Assembly (NCBI GenBank): GCA_003344405.1
Contig: NOWV01000278.1
Coordinates: forward strand, 1 to 64,000
Direction of reading: 5' to 3'
Source of the DNA: Trichoplax sp. H2
Taxonomy: Eukaryota
Length of the DNA stretch: 64,000 nt
A program made the translations under genes and the position numbers. Each line of letters begins with the position of its first letter. Positions within the stretch are counted from its first letter, which is position 1. Positions 14,896 to 27,600 of this stretch are shown here, one piece after another. The notes beneath the pieces are model-generated. The model made no database searches. It was not told the DNA's origin and saw only the letters and a program-made list of their open reading frames with translations.

Positions 14896-17800
14896 ATTCC
14901 ATATATAATAACTCATATTGGTAATATTAAATACACTAGTTCAAACTCACGTCGCTTTGCTGACGGTTTACGATAATGTACTTATTTGTTAATAATTAAC
15001 AGATGGTATTACCATTCGACATTATTTATATCCCGGTAATAGTCAGGCACTACTATATTCACAGCTATGCTTGTAGAATACTACTTTTCAATAATGCATC
15101 CACGGATGAAATGCTATATTAAGATTAGTAATAGTCCAAAGCACATTATGATAACTAATGTACGGTGATGGACATACCAAGTTAAGATTAGCAGGTACTA
15201 TAAGATATCTACATTGCGGTATAATGTCCTTAGTACTGTGGTCAATTCTATACCAATCATTATAATGTGTCTAAGGATCGCTTGAGTATGCAAGCAAAGC
15301 TTGCTCTGTCGATAGCAACCGTTATAAGAAAACGTAGCAATCAAAATGGCTGTGTAGAAAACTCTATAAAGATTCTATGTTTATTCAATTTTCATCAGAA
15401 TATTACATCAAATTAAAATTGAAAGGCCCAATGGCTACCCTTAGCTATATAACGAATACTATTTTAATAATCAGTACTCTGCAGAAATTACTACCTTAGA
15501 GCTATTCGTTTTACGTGAAGAAATCTTGAGTATGGATTTATTACTTACTGTAGGTATAAAATTATAGATTTTTACCTCAATGCCAGATAGTAAAATAAAT
15601 GAAGCGAACGATTAATTATGGAATATAAATTATTAATATTTGTTATTGGAAATTAGTCAAATCAATCTTAGTTTAATTCGAGTATTAGATATAGCGAATC
15701 CTTTCCAATAGGCTTGCTAATAAACAATTTGCTAATAATCGAGTGTAGTGGTTGTAATGATAAGTACTGACTACAATATTTGATCTTAAAAGTAATGTCT
15801 ATCATACATTTTAGTGACAATTATGAAGCATATCTGAAAAAGAGAAGATATTTTTTGTAGAATCAGCTACCGTTATAAATCTTCTCTTTTGATGTGAAGA
15901 GATACAGAATCACTGGCAATACTTATCGAAAATGAATTCAATAGTTGGTCTTTGAGTCATATCGAGATGGTTTTTTAACTCAAAGCTGAATAATTACCGT
16001 ATTAATTAAAAGTCATATCTTAGGGATAAAAAGATGATTAATTATTTATAGCGACTATAGATTATATCTTTAAGATCGAAAAAGTCTGATAATTTGAGTC
16101 GATATCGATTTGTGTATCATAAATCTAAGAGAAACTCCAGTAACACAGTTACACGTGTTTTCTATTTGCATAAAATATATATTTTCATGCATGTAATGTA
16201 TGCACAAACACACATGCTTAATTCGTAAATATTTAAACTGGTGTTATGTTCCTTTCAGTGGTCAGCTTAGTACGTTCTTTTAATAAACAATATAGTCTTG
16301 CATTTTCAAACCTACAGTTTTCATTTTACATTTCTGTGCTCTAATCAGAGAGTAAGGCGAACTTACATTACGAATTGTGTATAAGTCACTTTGATAGTTC
16401 ATACATAACAGCCCAGCGTATGCATTTTGAAATTATTTGAATTTCCGTAACAGTAAAGTTATGTCAATCAGTTAAATACAATTAAGTTTAGTAAGAATAA
16501 AGCCTTCGAGCAGAAGTCTTAAGTTTAATATAGACGTGCTTCAAAAGGACAAGCACCGGAACTACTATTGCTTTTTGATATTATAACATAAATTCACGAT
16601 TATGAAAATCTTTAATGTGCTAGAGTGATAGAATATTTTGAATTGAAAGCCATACAATATTCTTAAGTTTCTTGAAAAATATTCATCATTGCTTTAGATC
16701 ATGCTGAATTTAGGATTAATATTATTATTAAAAATTTATCGTCATTTAAGCTGATTTTTAGTTTAAGTAATAAAGTCATTATTGATCTACTTAACATAAT
16801 TGAAAAGGTATTGTTTTATGCATGAGTTTTCAAAACATTCTAATAAAATGCATTATAGTTAAATTCATCTAGACTTCACGCTTCAAGAATGAATGCAGTT
16901 TGTAATTGACATTTGCCTACAAAGTACTTTGAACGGTATCAATTAGTTTCAGTGATGTTAAAAATCAATTCATAACTCCTTACATATGTCAGATTTCTTT
17001 CGGAAAAGTTTTGCTGATGATTATATTAAAATTACTAAAGTTGAAGGTTTTTCCTTGCTCTTCTAAATAATTGTTTTTAATCATTTACTACTTTGCTAAC
17101 TAAGACTAGCCGAAACAGATATGATAAATTCGAAAATATGTAGGTTCAAGAATGCATATATCAGTTTAGCAATAAATTTACAGTTTACATGGTACAGTTA
17201 TTGACAAGGTACAGGGCAAAGTCCAATGCTTTTGGAGTATCTGTATGAACGATTTATTTGAAGACTTTACAACGTAAAATATTTTTGATGCAAAAATGAT
17301 AGCAACAGTTAAACTATAGCTACACCTTCTTGTAAGACTTAGAGTAAGTCTGAAGTGAGCAGATTATGCGTTAATAACGTAGAAGCATCCAAATAGAGAA
17401 GTTTTGGAGAGTTTAGATAACACTTAGATGTTAAAAATAAAATAGGCGAGTTAGATTCGAAGCAGCATAGTATTTGGATGAAAGACGATCAAGCATTAGA
17501 TTTTAAGATTAATTCTCTATCTATTCATTAAATATAAAATTCTGATGAGAGTTTATTAATATTTTCCTGAAGTATTATATAAAATTGAGCTGCAGAGATT
17601 AAACTCCTTGTAATAAGTTCTTATAAGTTGATTTCATCGCATTTGACGAGAAATAAAGTTCAAATATGATAATAAATTTGTTCTTAATACATCATTACTA
17701 CTAGATAGGTAAAGTATGATATGGTTCATAAATTTTAAGCTACTTTCAGTAATTCTACATTGAAGACGGCTATTACAATTTCATATACGATTTCATATAC

Positions 17801-20800
17801 CTGACTAAATTTCTGAAAATCGTTAATGATTATCAATAGAATCAAGAAATGATTTTTTAATTTAGCTATGAATTTTCAATTGCAGACAAACAATAGTTAT
17901 GTCTTACTTGTTGTAACTGCGTTAATATTAAAGTCAGTATAATTATTGAAGAGTCAAGCTTACTATTCTATTGCATAAATTATCGGAAAGGTACGTATCT
18001 ATGGTAAACAGCAATAGAATCATGAAAAAATTTCCTTTATTACACAGGTTGATATTTTGTTGATGCTTATAAGCATCCTTGTGTTAAATGCAAAATTAAA
18101 GACAATAAAATATTGCTTACTAAATTAGAAAGAGATGTCTAAAAAATTGAGTTATTATCATACAAATATTCGCGATACAATGTAAATTGGACTTAATCTG
18201 TTCATCAATCCGTAATAAAAATGGGAGAACAGGGAATGATTTATTGGTATTTTTTTACTTCAACGGACCTTCTATTTTAACAAAGAGGACCTATAATCGA
18301 TTGTGTTCGGGCTTTTTTCTGTTATGAATAAATTATTTTTAAAAGAAATTGTTGTCTATAGTACCTATTAACCAATGTAATACTATATCCTGCCAAGTAT
18401 AATGATTACCTTAATTACGTAAAATGATATTAATGTTGGATCCAATGCAATGGGTGCACATTGAACTTAAAATAAATGATTTATGCATATTTTCATATTT
18501 TGTCATCACCTTTATGCATTCAGCTAGGGAGTTTCACGATGGTACTGTGACAATATAGTACTCATTAAAGAAAGAAGGAAATAGACATTTACTGTCTGAT
18601 AGATTGTATTGGATTTTGTACGGTTACGTTGTTTATAAAATAGGTAGTCATGAAATAATCTTAGAAATGGAATCTTAATTAATTTAGTAGGATTGGAAAA
18701 TGATAAATTAGGAATCAATTGTTTATACCTGACAAAAATGCGTCATGATCAAACAAACTGATGGAAATACTGCGAAGACCAAATAACATCTGCTATTGCT
18801 TTGAATCATCAATCACTCAGAGTACCATTGAAATGTTTTTTCCGTATGCATTAGCATTTTATGAAAAGAGAGTGAGCATGATTTAATAATCAGCTTGGAT
18901 AGCCGACAGCTGATAAATCTTTATTTCAGTCTGTTATTAAGGCACCGATCGAATAGTTTGAAAAATTAGCTTTCTTGTCTTCCTGATTAAAAGGTAATTT
19001 CTTTTCTAAAAATTAAGTTTTATTCTTTCGTATATTCTCCATTTACAAACAAGTCAGTAGCATAATTTTAGATGACAGTCAAGACATGATCGTATTCTAG
19101 GATTAAAAGAGGATAAAATTTCCTTATGATTTTAATTCCATTGATATGCGCTTATAATGGTACAATAACGCAAAGATAGAAAGATGATGAAGGATTAGAA
19201 CAACGGAAGAACGGTCTTTACCTCAATTTTTCCTTCAATTTTAGCTGTGTTATTTCCGTTATTATTCCATTATAAATTACATTGATTTTAAGATCATAGG
19301 AATTGACTACGCTTCGTAAAATTTCATTTCGTATACACGTATGCGGTAGGCGATTTCAATAATAGTGATTGATTTAAATCATTATCTGTAATCAGTGGTG
19401 AATGGAGTGTACTAGCTGACAACACTAACATAATATTGCTTATTATTGATCTATGATGATTGGAGTTATTTAATTACTTAGAATAACCTCAATAATAAGT
19501 TGTGAAGTGATAGACAGTAAAGCTACTAAGAGCTTCGAATGTAAAGTAATAACTCAGTTTTATAGTTAGCCATTCAATGCTTTGTACTTGAGGTTTCAGT
19601 TATCATCATGAAATAATGCCAAATAGCGGGCCAAGTATAAAATAAGGCAAAGTTTAACGAAAATTTCGGTAAATTGCATAAACGTATAAAATCCTAGAGC
19701 TAGATTTTAATTCCGAGATAGTTAATATTGTCTATCTCTTTGTATGAGCATGATGGAAATGATCTATAAGTAATTATATGTAGAATAGATCGAAATTTAA
19801 TCAGGATAAACCTTAATTGGAGATTTATACTGTGTGATTACCCTATTAATTTTCATTACCTATTATAAGTTGTTAAGGGTGATAGAAGTTATAGTGCCAT
19901 AGAGTATGTAAAGGAGAGCAATCTAATCATTTAGGGACAAATACTGCGATTTCGCTTAGAGAAAGTAAACGTCTAAGATTGTTCTTATCATGACTACGTT
20001 TTAGAATCTTCACTACTGACAGAAGGTTAAAATCTTATCTCATTGCTAACATAAATCTAGCCGGATATTTGATGAAATTCTAGTGTGTATTTTGGAGAAT
20101 GAATATAGTATAAGTAGGTGTTGTAGCTATTCTTGCTTCAAAGTATTATACAACTGATTTGATTTAAAGTGTGTTCGTTAATTAAGAGTAAGAATTGATA
20201 ATCATAACTCTTTCTAAATTCAATCATTATTTGTTTATACCAACAAAATCCTTTATCCGTGTTTAATGTTTAATATTTATACTACGTTTATAATTATATT
20301 ATCAACGGTAATCGCTTGTGTGCGTTAGTTTACATTTACTTGTGAACAATTTAATGAGATTTGATTTAAACAAAATGTTTATAGTGGTTAGTCCAACGCA
20401 TGGAAAAAAAATTAATATCATAACTAACCTGTTAATGTGTAGAGAAAACGATCCAATTCAAAATTAAATTCTTTCTTGCTTGAATGTAAAATTTAGCCTC
20501 AATGGAAGGTATTTATTATACGCAACAAACGGTGTAGACAAAAAATTGAGCTGTGTAGAAATGAAATTGTGATTGATAATCATTAATAGTTATATTTAAT
20601 TCAAGCAATTCAAAGTTAGGATCCTTCTCAGCCATCAAGCTGTCATTTATTCAGGTAACGAGAAAAAATTAAAAGAATTAAGATATTGTCTTGTTCTCAT
20701 ATTTTTTATTAATTCTTATTTATCGCCATGGTTATACTGTGCTTTAAATTTATTACGAAGAAAGAAAATTTATTGTATTGTTCTTAGATTTTTGATACGC

Positions 20801-21399
20801 TGATTACACAGTTGATAATTTAGTTTACCGATTTAATTGATTGGCACAGTAATTGTGTCAACACTTTTTCTTTTAACATTGCGTAACAACGCATAGAAGA
20901 TTATTGGATTATATTATTTAAAATAGAATTCTTGCATTTTGAAAGATTGTTATTCAGATTTCAAGTGATTTAAAATTAGAACAATTTTCAATCATAATCA
21001 GCTAGTTGCCGATAGAATTTTCCGTAAACAATATGCTATTCAGATTCCTTTAAAAATTTAAAAATGCTAAAGGAAATTTTTGTTTAAATCAACTGGTTAC
21101 TAAACACTTCGATTTTAATGTTGCTAAAAATATTGATTTGCTGATCATTGTGTAAAACTTTCTTAGCGCTAGCTTTTGATTGTATATAAGATACTGGCAT
21201 TTTATTGGAATTGTTTAATTCTCATACCAAAGAGATGCCTCTTAATCACGCCATACTCAATACTCACAACAGCTTTGATCTTATAATGGGTATTTTTGCG
21301 AAATTAAAAAGAGATGTAGCAATATCAAGATGAAATAAAATGAATCATTTCATTTTAATTAATTATATGGTCAGGAACATACTACATTTACGATACATG

Positions 21400-23209
21400 C
21401 CATAGAGGCTATGATAGAGCTCATTAATATATGTGTTTAACACAGATGCATTACATGTAATATTTTAAAATAAAATTACTAGATGATGATAATACAAGCT
21501 ACGTAGTTACAGTTTGCACTATTTTATTCTCTACTACATTTCAAAATACGGTTTGGATTAATTCTTGCCTATTTAATAAACTTCATCCTAAACTTCATCC
21601 TAAACTTCATCCTGGTTTTATAATTGTTAGTTGTGGCATCAGAATAAGTTCTTATTATTAGTGAGTACAGTCATGTTAAGTGTTTCTATTTATGAATCGC
21701 TTTTTGATTTTCGTCTAATGACGTATTTTACTATTAACCTTTAAAAAGATATGCCTTACGGCATTAGCTTTGAAAAACATAAAAACATGTAAAGATAAAT
21801 ATACTGATCCATACGGGAAGGATTATTTGCCGTTGTTTGTGACCTAATATTATATTATTTCCATCATTTGAGCAGATAATAATTATCTGTTCAAAGATAC
21901 AGTTATAAGTAATAATAAGATATGCTAATATTTAATCGATTATCGTACTTAACGATATAATATTAACATACCAATACTGGAATACACTGAAAACTTAAAT
22001 GACTTGCTGTATATATATGCCTTCAATTATAACCATTTTCCAGTCTAATACATTTTGAGGCAAATAGATTAATAATAAAAATAGCCCGAAATTATCAACA
22101 TTAAGATTATTATCGGTTGTAAATCAAATTTAACGTATCTGGTCAGGTTTTAAATATTCATTAATAGGTCGAAACGGTCAATTTTACTACTATATACTGA
22201 CAAAAGTGATTCTTTATTAACTAATACTTGCGTTATCTTTTTTGTTGTAAGGAACTATTAGTGTATGTAAATGGATAATAATCGAAGAGATAGTACAGAA
22301 ACAGACTTCTAGTGTACTTTCCTTAAGTATCAAATAAGAATTTTAGTTTCCGCAAAAAATTGAAATGATATAAACTTTTAAATAATATAAAAGTTGAATA
22401 TAATTAAACCTGTATAGGAGGTTTTCATTTTGAAAGCAGNNNNNNNNNNNNNNNNNNNNNNNNNNNNNNNNNNNNNNNNNNNNNNNNNNCCATAGAGGCT
22501 ATGATAGAGCTCATTAATATATGCGTTTAACACAGATGCATTAAATGTAATATTTTAAAATAAAATTACTAGATGATGATAATACAAGCTACGTAGTTAC
22601 AGTTTGCACTATTTTATTCTCTACTACATTTCAAAATACGGCTTGGATTAATTCTTGCCTATTTAATAAACTTCATCCTAAAATTCATCGTGGTTTTATA
22701 ATTGTTAGTTGTGGCATCAGAATAAGTTCTTATTATTAGTGAGTACAGTCATGTTAAGTGTTTCTATTTATGAATCGCTTTTTGATTTTCGTCTAATGAC
22801 GTATTTTACTATTAACCTTTAAAAAGATATGCCTTACGGCATTAACTTTGAAAAACATAAAAACATGTAAAGATAAATATACTGATTTGTAAATCAAATT
22901 TATCGTATCTGGTCAGGTTTTAAATATTCATTAATACGTCAAAATGGTCAATTTTACTGCTATATACTGACAAAAGTGATTCTTTATTAACTAATGCTTG
23001 CGTTATCTTTTTTGTTATAAGGAACTATCAGTGTTTGTAAATGGATAATAATCGAAGAGATAGTACAGAAATAGACTTCTAGTATTCTTTCCTTAAGTAT
23101 CAAATAAGAGTTTTAGTTTCCGCAAAAAATTGAAATGATATAAACTTTTAAATAATATAAAAGTTGAATATAATTAAACCTGTATAGGAGGTTTTCATTT
23201 TGAAAGCAG
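21400..23209. repeat. Gap-flanking duplicate, probably two haplotypes (21400-22439 vs 22489-23209)
   Basis: Near-identical copies on either side of an N gap. They differ by SNPs, by 3 vs 2 copies of aaacttcatcct, and by a 308-bp indel (21809-22116). Confidence 0.8.
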
Positions 23210-24162
23210 TTTCCTTCCTTTTCTTAGTTAAAAGAAAATTGAAGTGAAACAAAATGAATATTGCTAGTCTTAGTAAAAGTTACTATAATTTTCTTTATTA
23301 GAATTATTATAACAATTTCCAATTTTGAAACAGTTTATCCTTTTTTCAGTATCTGAAGGTAAAAACTCAAATTACTTAGAAATGTCTAATAAAGTGTGGT
23401 ATCTAGAAATAAAGTAAAAAATTAATGAAAATTGCAATGCTAAGAAACTATCGAAAATTTCCTCTTTCTGATTTGCATTGAGGGTCCTTCTGGAATATAA
23501 TACAATGTACAGAGGCTATAGTTTATACATCGGGTAAAATACTTTATTTTCAGCGCATCAAAATCTAGATAATTAATGCAGGAGGGTGGTCTTTAACCTT
23601 AATTTAATTCTTAGGTTGTATGGGCATTGCATGAGCGAAATTTTAATGAAACAAAATAGTAAAGTTTATCGTTCATAATTTTCATCATATTTCTAAAACT
23701 TTGAATAAATTTTTTTAAATTATTAATTTATTTATGGTAAGTTTCATTAATGTTCTTTGTGATATTTTTGCCTACAGTAATCTTTTAAATAATGATAGTT
23801 ACATTAATTTGCTTGCATAGTATGGATAGGATGTTGTTAGGGCAATTTCTGTCTCTGTACCGATAAATAAGTATGTGTGGGATTAAATTATATTAAATTT
23901 AATTATTGCGAATCCTATAAATTTACTCTGAAACTCACTTTTATATTGTAGTAAATTATTGCGAAGTCTACAAATAACCTTAATTTAAAATATCGGTCCA
24001 GACTAAACATTATTACAATTGATAATTCAAATTATTTAATCCGCACTCTTGAATAGAAATGTAAAGTTATCCATAGTTGCATTACTACAATTCTTAACGA
24101 ACAATATTATTATAGGTAAATAGTTATTATTATAGTAATAAATATATATGTTGATATGTATG

Positions 24163-24688
24163 TGTCACAAAACAGCTTTGCAACAAGATAACGCAATATA
24201 CGATCAATAAGTCAATTCCTTGAACCACGTATCAAGGAACGATATCTGCACTATCACAAACACTTTTGCTCTACTAGCAGACTACACAAAGACTTAAACG
24301 CCTCGTATTTTACGTTAAACACTAAGTTGGACAATTCTTTTTTATTTCACTATATACTGCATTTATATACTATTCCTCAATAGTTCATGAGTCATAGTTA
24401 ATACAATTAACATTAGAATCATTTACTGAATTAGATATTAATTTTAGCTACTGCTCCCTTAATGCAGACAACAGTATTTACGAACATAGACATGTAATGA
24501 CTAATACAGAATAGTCAGATTACGATTTGTCCTATCACGGAACATTTCCATGATAATTTACAGTCTACCATAAGTAAATTACAATCACAATGATTCGAAC
24601 TGTAAGCAGATGATTTGCATTCCCTATTATAACTATTAATTTCAGTATGTGTATAAGTGTCACTGTCATAAAAAGTCAGTGCTATATT
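24163..24688 (-). mobile_element. LTR of family C, truncated by a gap, insertion-polymorphic
   Basis: Begins TGTCACAAAACAGC directly after gtatg. The flank 23890-24162 is repeated at 24709-24981 and there continues without the element (tgatatgtatg|tttctg). Confidence 0.8.
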
Positions 24689-27600
24689 NNNNNNNNNNNN
24701 NNNNNNNNATATTAAATTTAATTATTGCGAATCCTATAAATTTACTCTGAAACTCACTTTTATATTGTAGTAAATTTTTGCAAAGTCTACAAATAACCTT
24801 AATTTAAAATATCGGTCCAGACTAAACATTATTGCAATTGATAATTCAAATTATTTAATCCGCACTCTTGAATAGAAATGTAAAGTTATCCGTAGTTGTA
24901 TTACTACAATTCTTAACGAACAATATTATTATAGTTAAATAGTTATTATTATAGTAATAAATATATATGTTGATATGTATGTTTCTGTTTAATTTATTAT
25001 TTCACATATAAACAAAATAATATCTAGAAGTCTATTAAATCTATTAGTTATGGTTTACTCTGTACGTTATAAAGGAGAATTTTCCTATTCTATGCTCACG
25101 AATACTACGATAACGATAGTATTGTGTCTATAATATTAATATAAAATTGTTGATATTACGGCTTAATTAATTTGTTTCCACATTTTTGCTTTCATATTAT
25201 ATTATCTCAGTGCTAAGGGTAAACGTAAGCATATAGATTAAGTACGTTATATTTTCGACAATCGTTATCGTAATTTTATAATACTGATTTAATAGACAGT
25301 TATTTGCTTATAGTGCATATATATTAGTTGCAATATATAATGGCTGCTTTTCGTTAGCACTCGGAAACAGAAACGGTAAATACATTTCCAATCTTGGTCC
25401 TAAGTACCGAAGTTACATAATAGGCTGAGATGTAGAACAAATTGTAGTTAATGATATTTATAATTCGAGAATGGAAATAACTACGAATAGAAGTTTTATG
25501 TTACTCTATAACAAGGCCATCTTTATTATTTTATTTTATTATAGTACGTATGATTAAAAAGCTAAACCAGTCAATATTACCAAATTAACTCTAATAAAGC
25601 AAATGCTCAGCAGTAATATCACCAAAAAAAATATTGCACGATTAGGCGTATCGGTGCTGGAATGTTATTATCATAACTATAGTTATTGTTTAAGAAATAA
25701 TTTTTCTCTTAATAGTATATAGTAAGTAGACCTTGCAATTTTATTCGTTAAAATCAAGTTACTCAACAAGATACCCTATTCCAGTCGTGCGATACTTGAA
25801 TGTGTTAACAATGCTCAACTGAATCTAAAACAACAACCTTAAATAAACTAACCGTAATAAATTGCTTTCTTGTTTTAGTTAAAGCCGAAAAGCTAGGCTC
25901 ATATATAGTAATTATATATTGATCTTAGTCTTCAGAATCACGCATTTTGTAATGTCAGGTATACTTTCGGTAAGATACGAAAAATTCATTTCAAATACGT
26001 TTTGTTATACTATTTGAAAATAGTGGCTTAGTGCTTGCATGACATATTTAACTGCTGAGATTATGCCCTAGTATTCAAAAGGTATAGATATCAGCAAAAG
26101 CACGAATAAATTCCGTGATCAAATTTTGATAGTACAAGTATAATTTTTAGGCCTGCTTTATAAAAATATAGAATGAGAGAAATGACAAATTTACGTATGC
26201 CCCGATAGCCCTTTCAGTATTTTATCCGCTACGTAGTTCAAACTTCTAATTGTATTGCCATCGTAAAAGCTACAGTCAATGCGTACTTCTTCCTTAAAGT
26301 TAAATTGACTTACGAACAAACGCCTAATACATATGCAAATAGTAATCGCAATGGTTTGGATAAGTTTATAAAAAACGTTGAGTTTTATGATCTAAATAAT
26401 ATGAAAGTAATGCTAAAATCAACAACAAATTTCGTGCAATATTACTGAAATCAAATTTTTAGTAAGCTTTTTAAGTATCATGCAATATTTCGATATTAGT
26501 TCATAACATCCTTCCATGCTAGTAAATCGAAGACCAGATGATAAATACAGCAATGAGACATTTTTTACTTAGTGTATTATAATGTACAATACAAGTACAT
26601 AAATAATTGACAATTTTTAATAATGGTCAACGATTACTGTGCGTCGCAAGTCGCTATATAGCGCTCTAATATAGGCTCTGCAGACAAGATGATATAGTTT
26701 CGGAAAGATCATGTTAAAATATTGACTTACTAACGACATTTGAGGGAATTTAAAATGGGAATATAATTTATCATATATAGTCGATGAATAACAGTATTTG
26801 ATAAAAAGCTCAGATATATGAAAAGAAGTGAAAGAAGCAGCTTAATTTGCATATTGAAATTTATTCGCAAGATCGAAAGAGTGAATACTAAATCTTTTAA
26901 TTTCGTAATTACTCTTTCCTTTTCAATTGCATGTATTGAATTTTTTGTTATAAATGATCAATCCGGATAGTTATCTTCGGAATAATCGTCTGTAAACGCA
27001 TCCAGTTGTCTTGAAAGTAATGTCATTACTTTGGTCTGAGATAGAACGTCAGTTGTACTTTTAGGATACCTTTGTTTGATGTATTTTTTATAGATTCAAT
27101 ATTAATTAGATACTGTAGTCTCTTCATTGAGCAAAAGTTATCTGACCTATACTTCTAAGATTTAATTATACTTTTTGTTTTGATAATATTCTCGTTGTTT
27201 AGTTTCCAGTAATTTTTGCATACAATCGTTTGCAATTACCTGTTTTAGCATTATATTACTTAAATGAATGAAATAAAGAACGTTTGCTTTTGCTTTCTTA
27301 GAAACTTCACAAAGTATTATAAGCCTAAACAATGGACGCTTCTAACAGAAAATCCAATAGTTTGACTGAATACTTACTAAAATATTTTCTGTACTATAAA
27401 AAATTTTCTTTTATTGCTTATATAAATTTAATTTATCGTTATATTGATTGTAGCTGGTATGGTATTATTTTCAATAATAGAATACGAATAACTTTAGTGA
27501 TTAAAATCAAAGTTGTAACTTCTAAAATTATTTATTCATGTAAGATAAGTATACTCCTAAGTTTTGCTAATGATCTATTTACCATGACGTTTATTCTATT

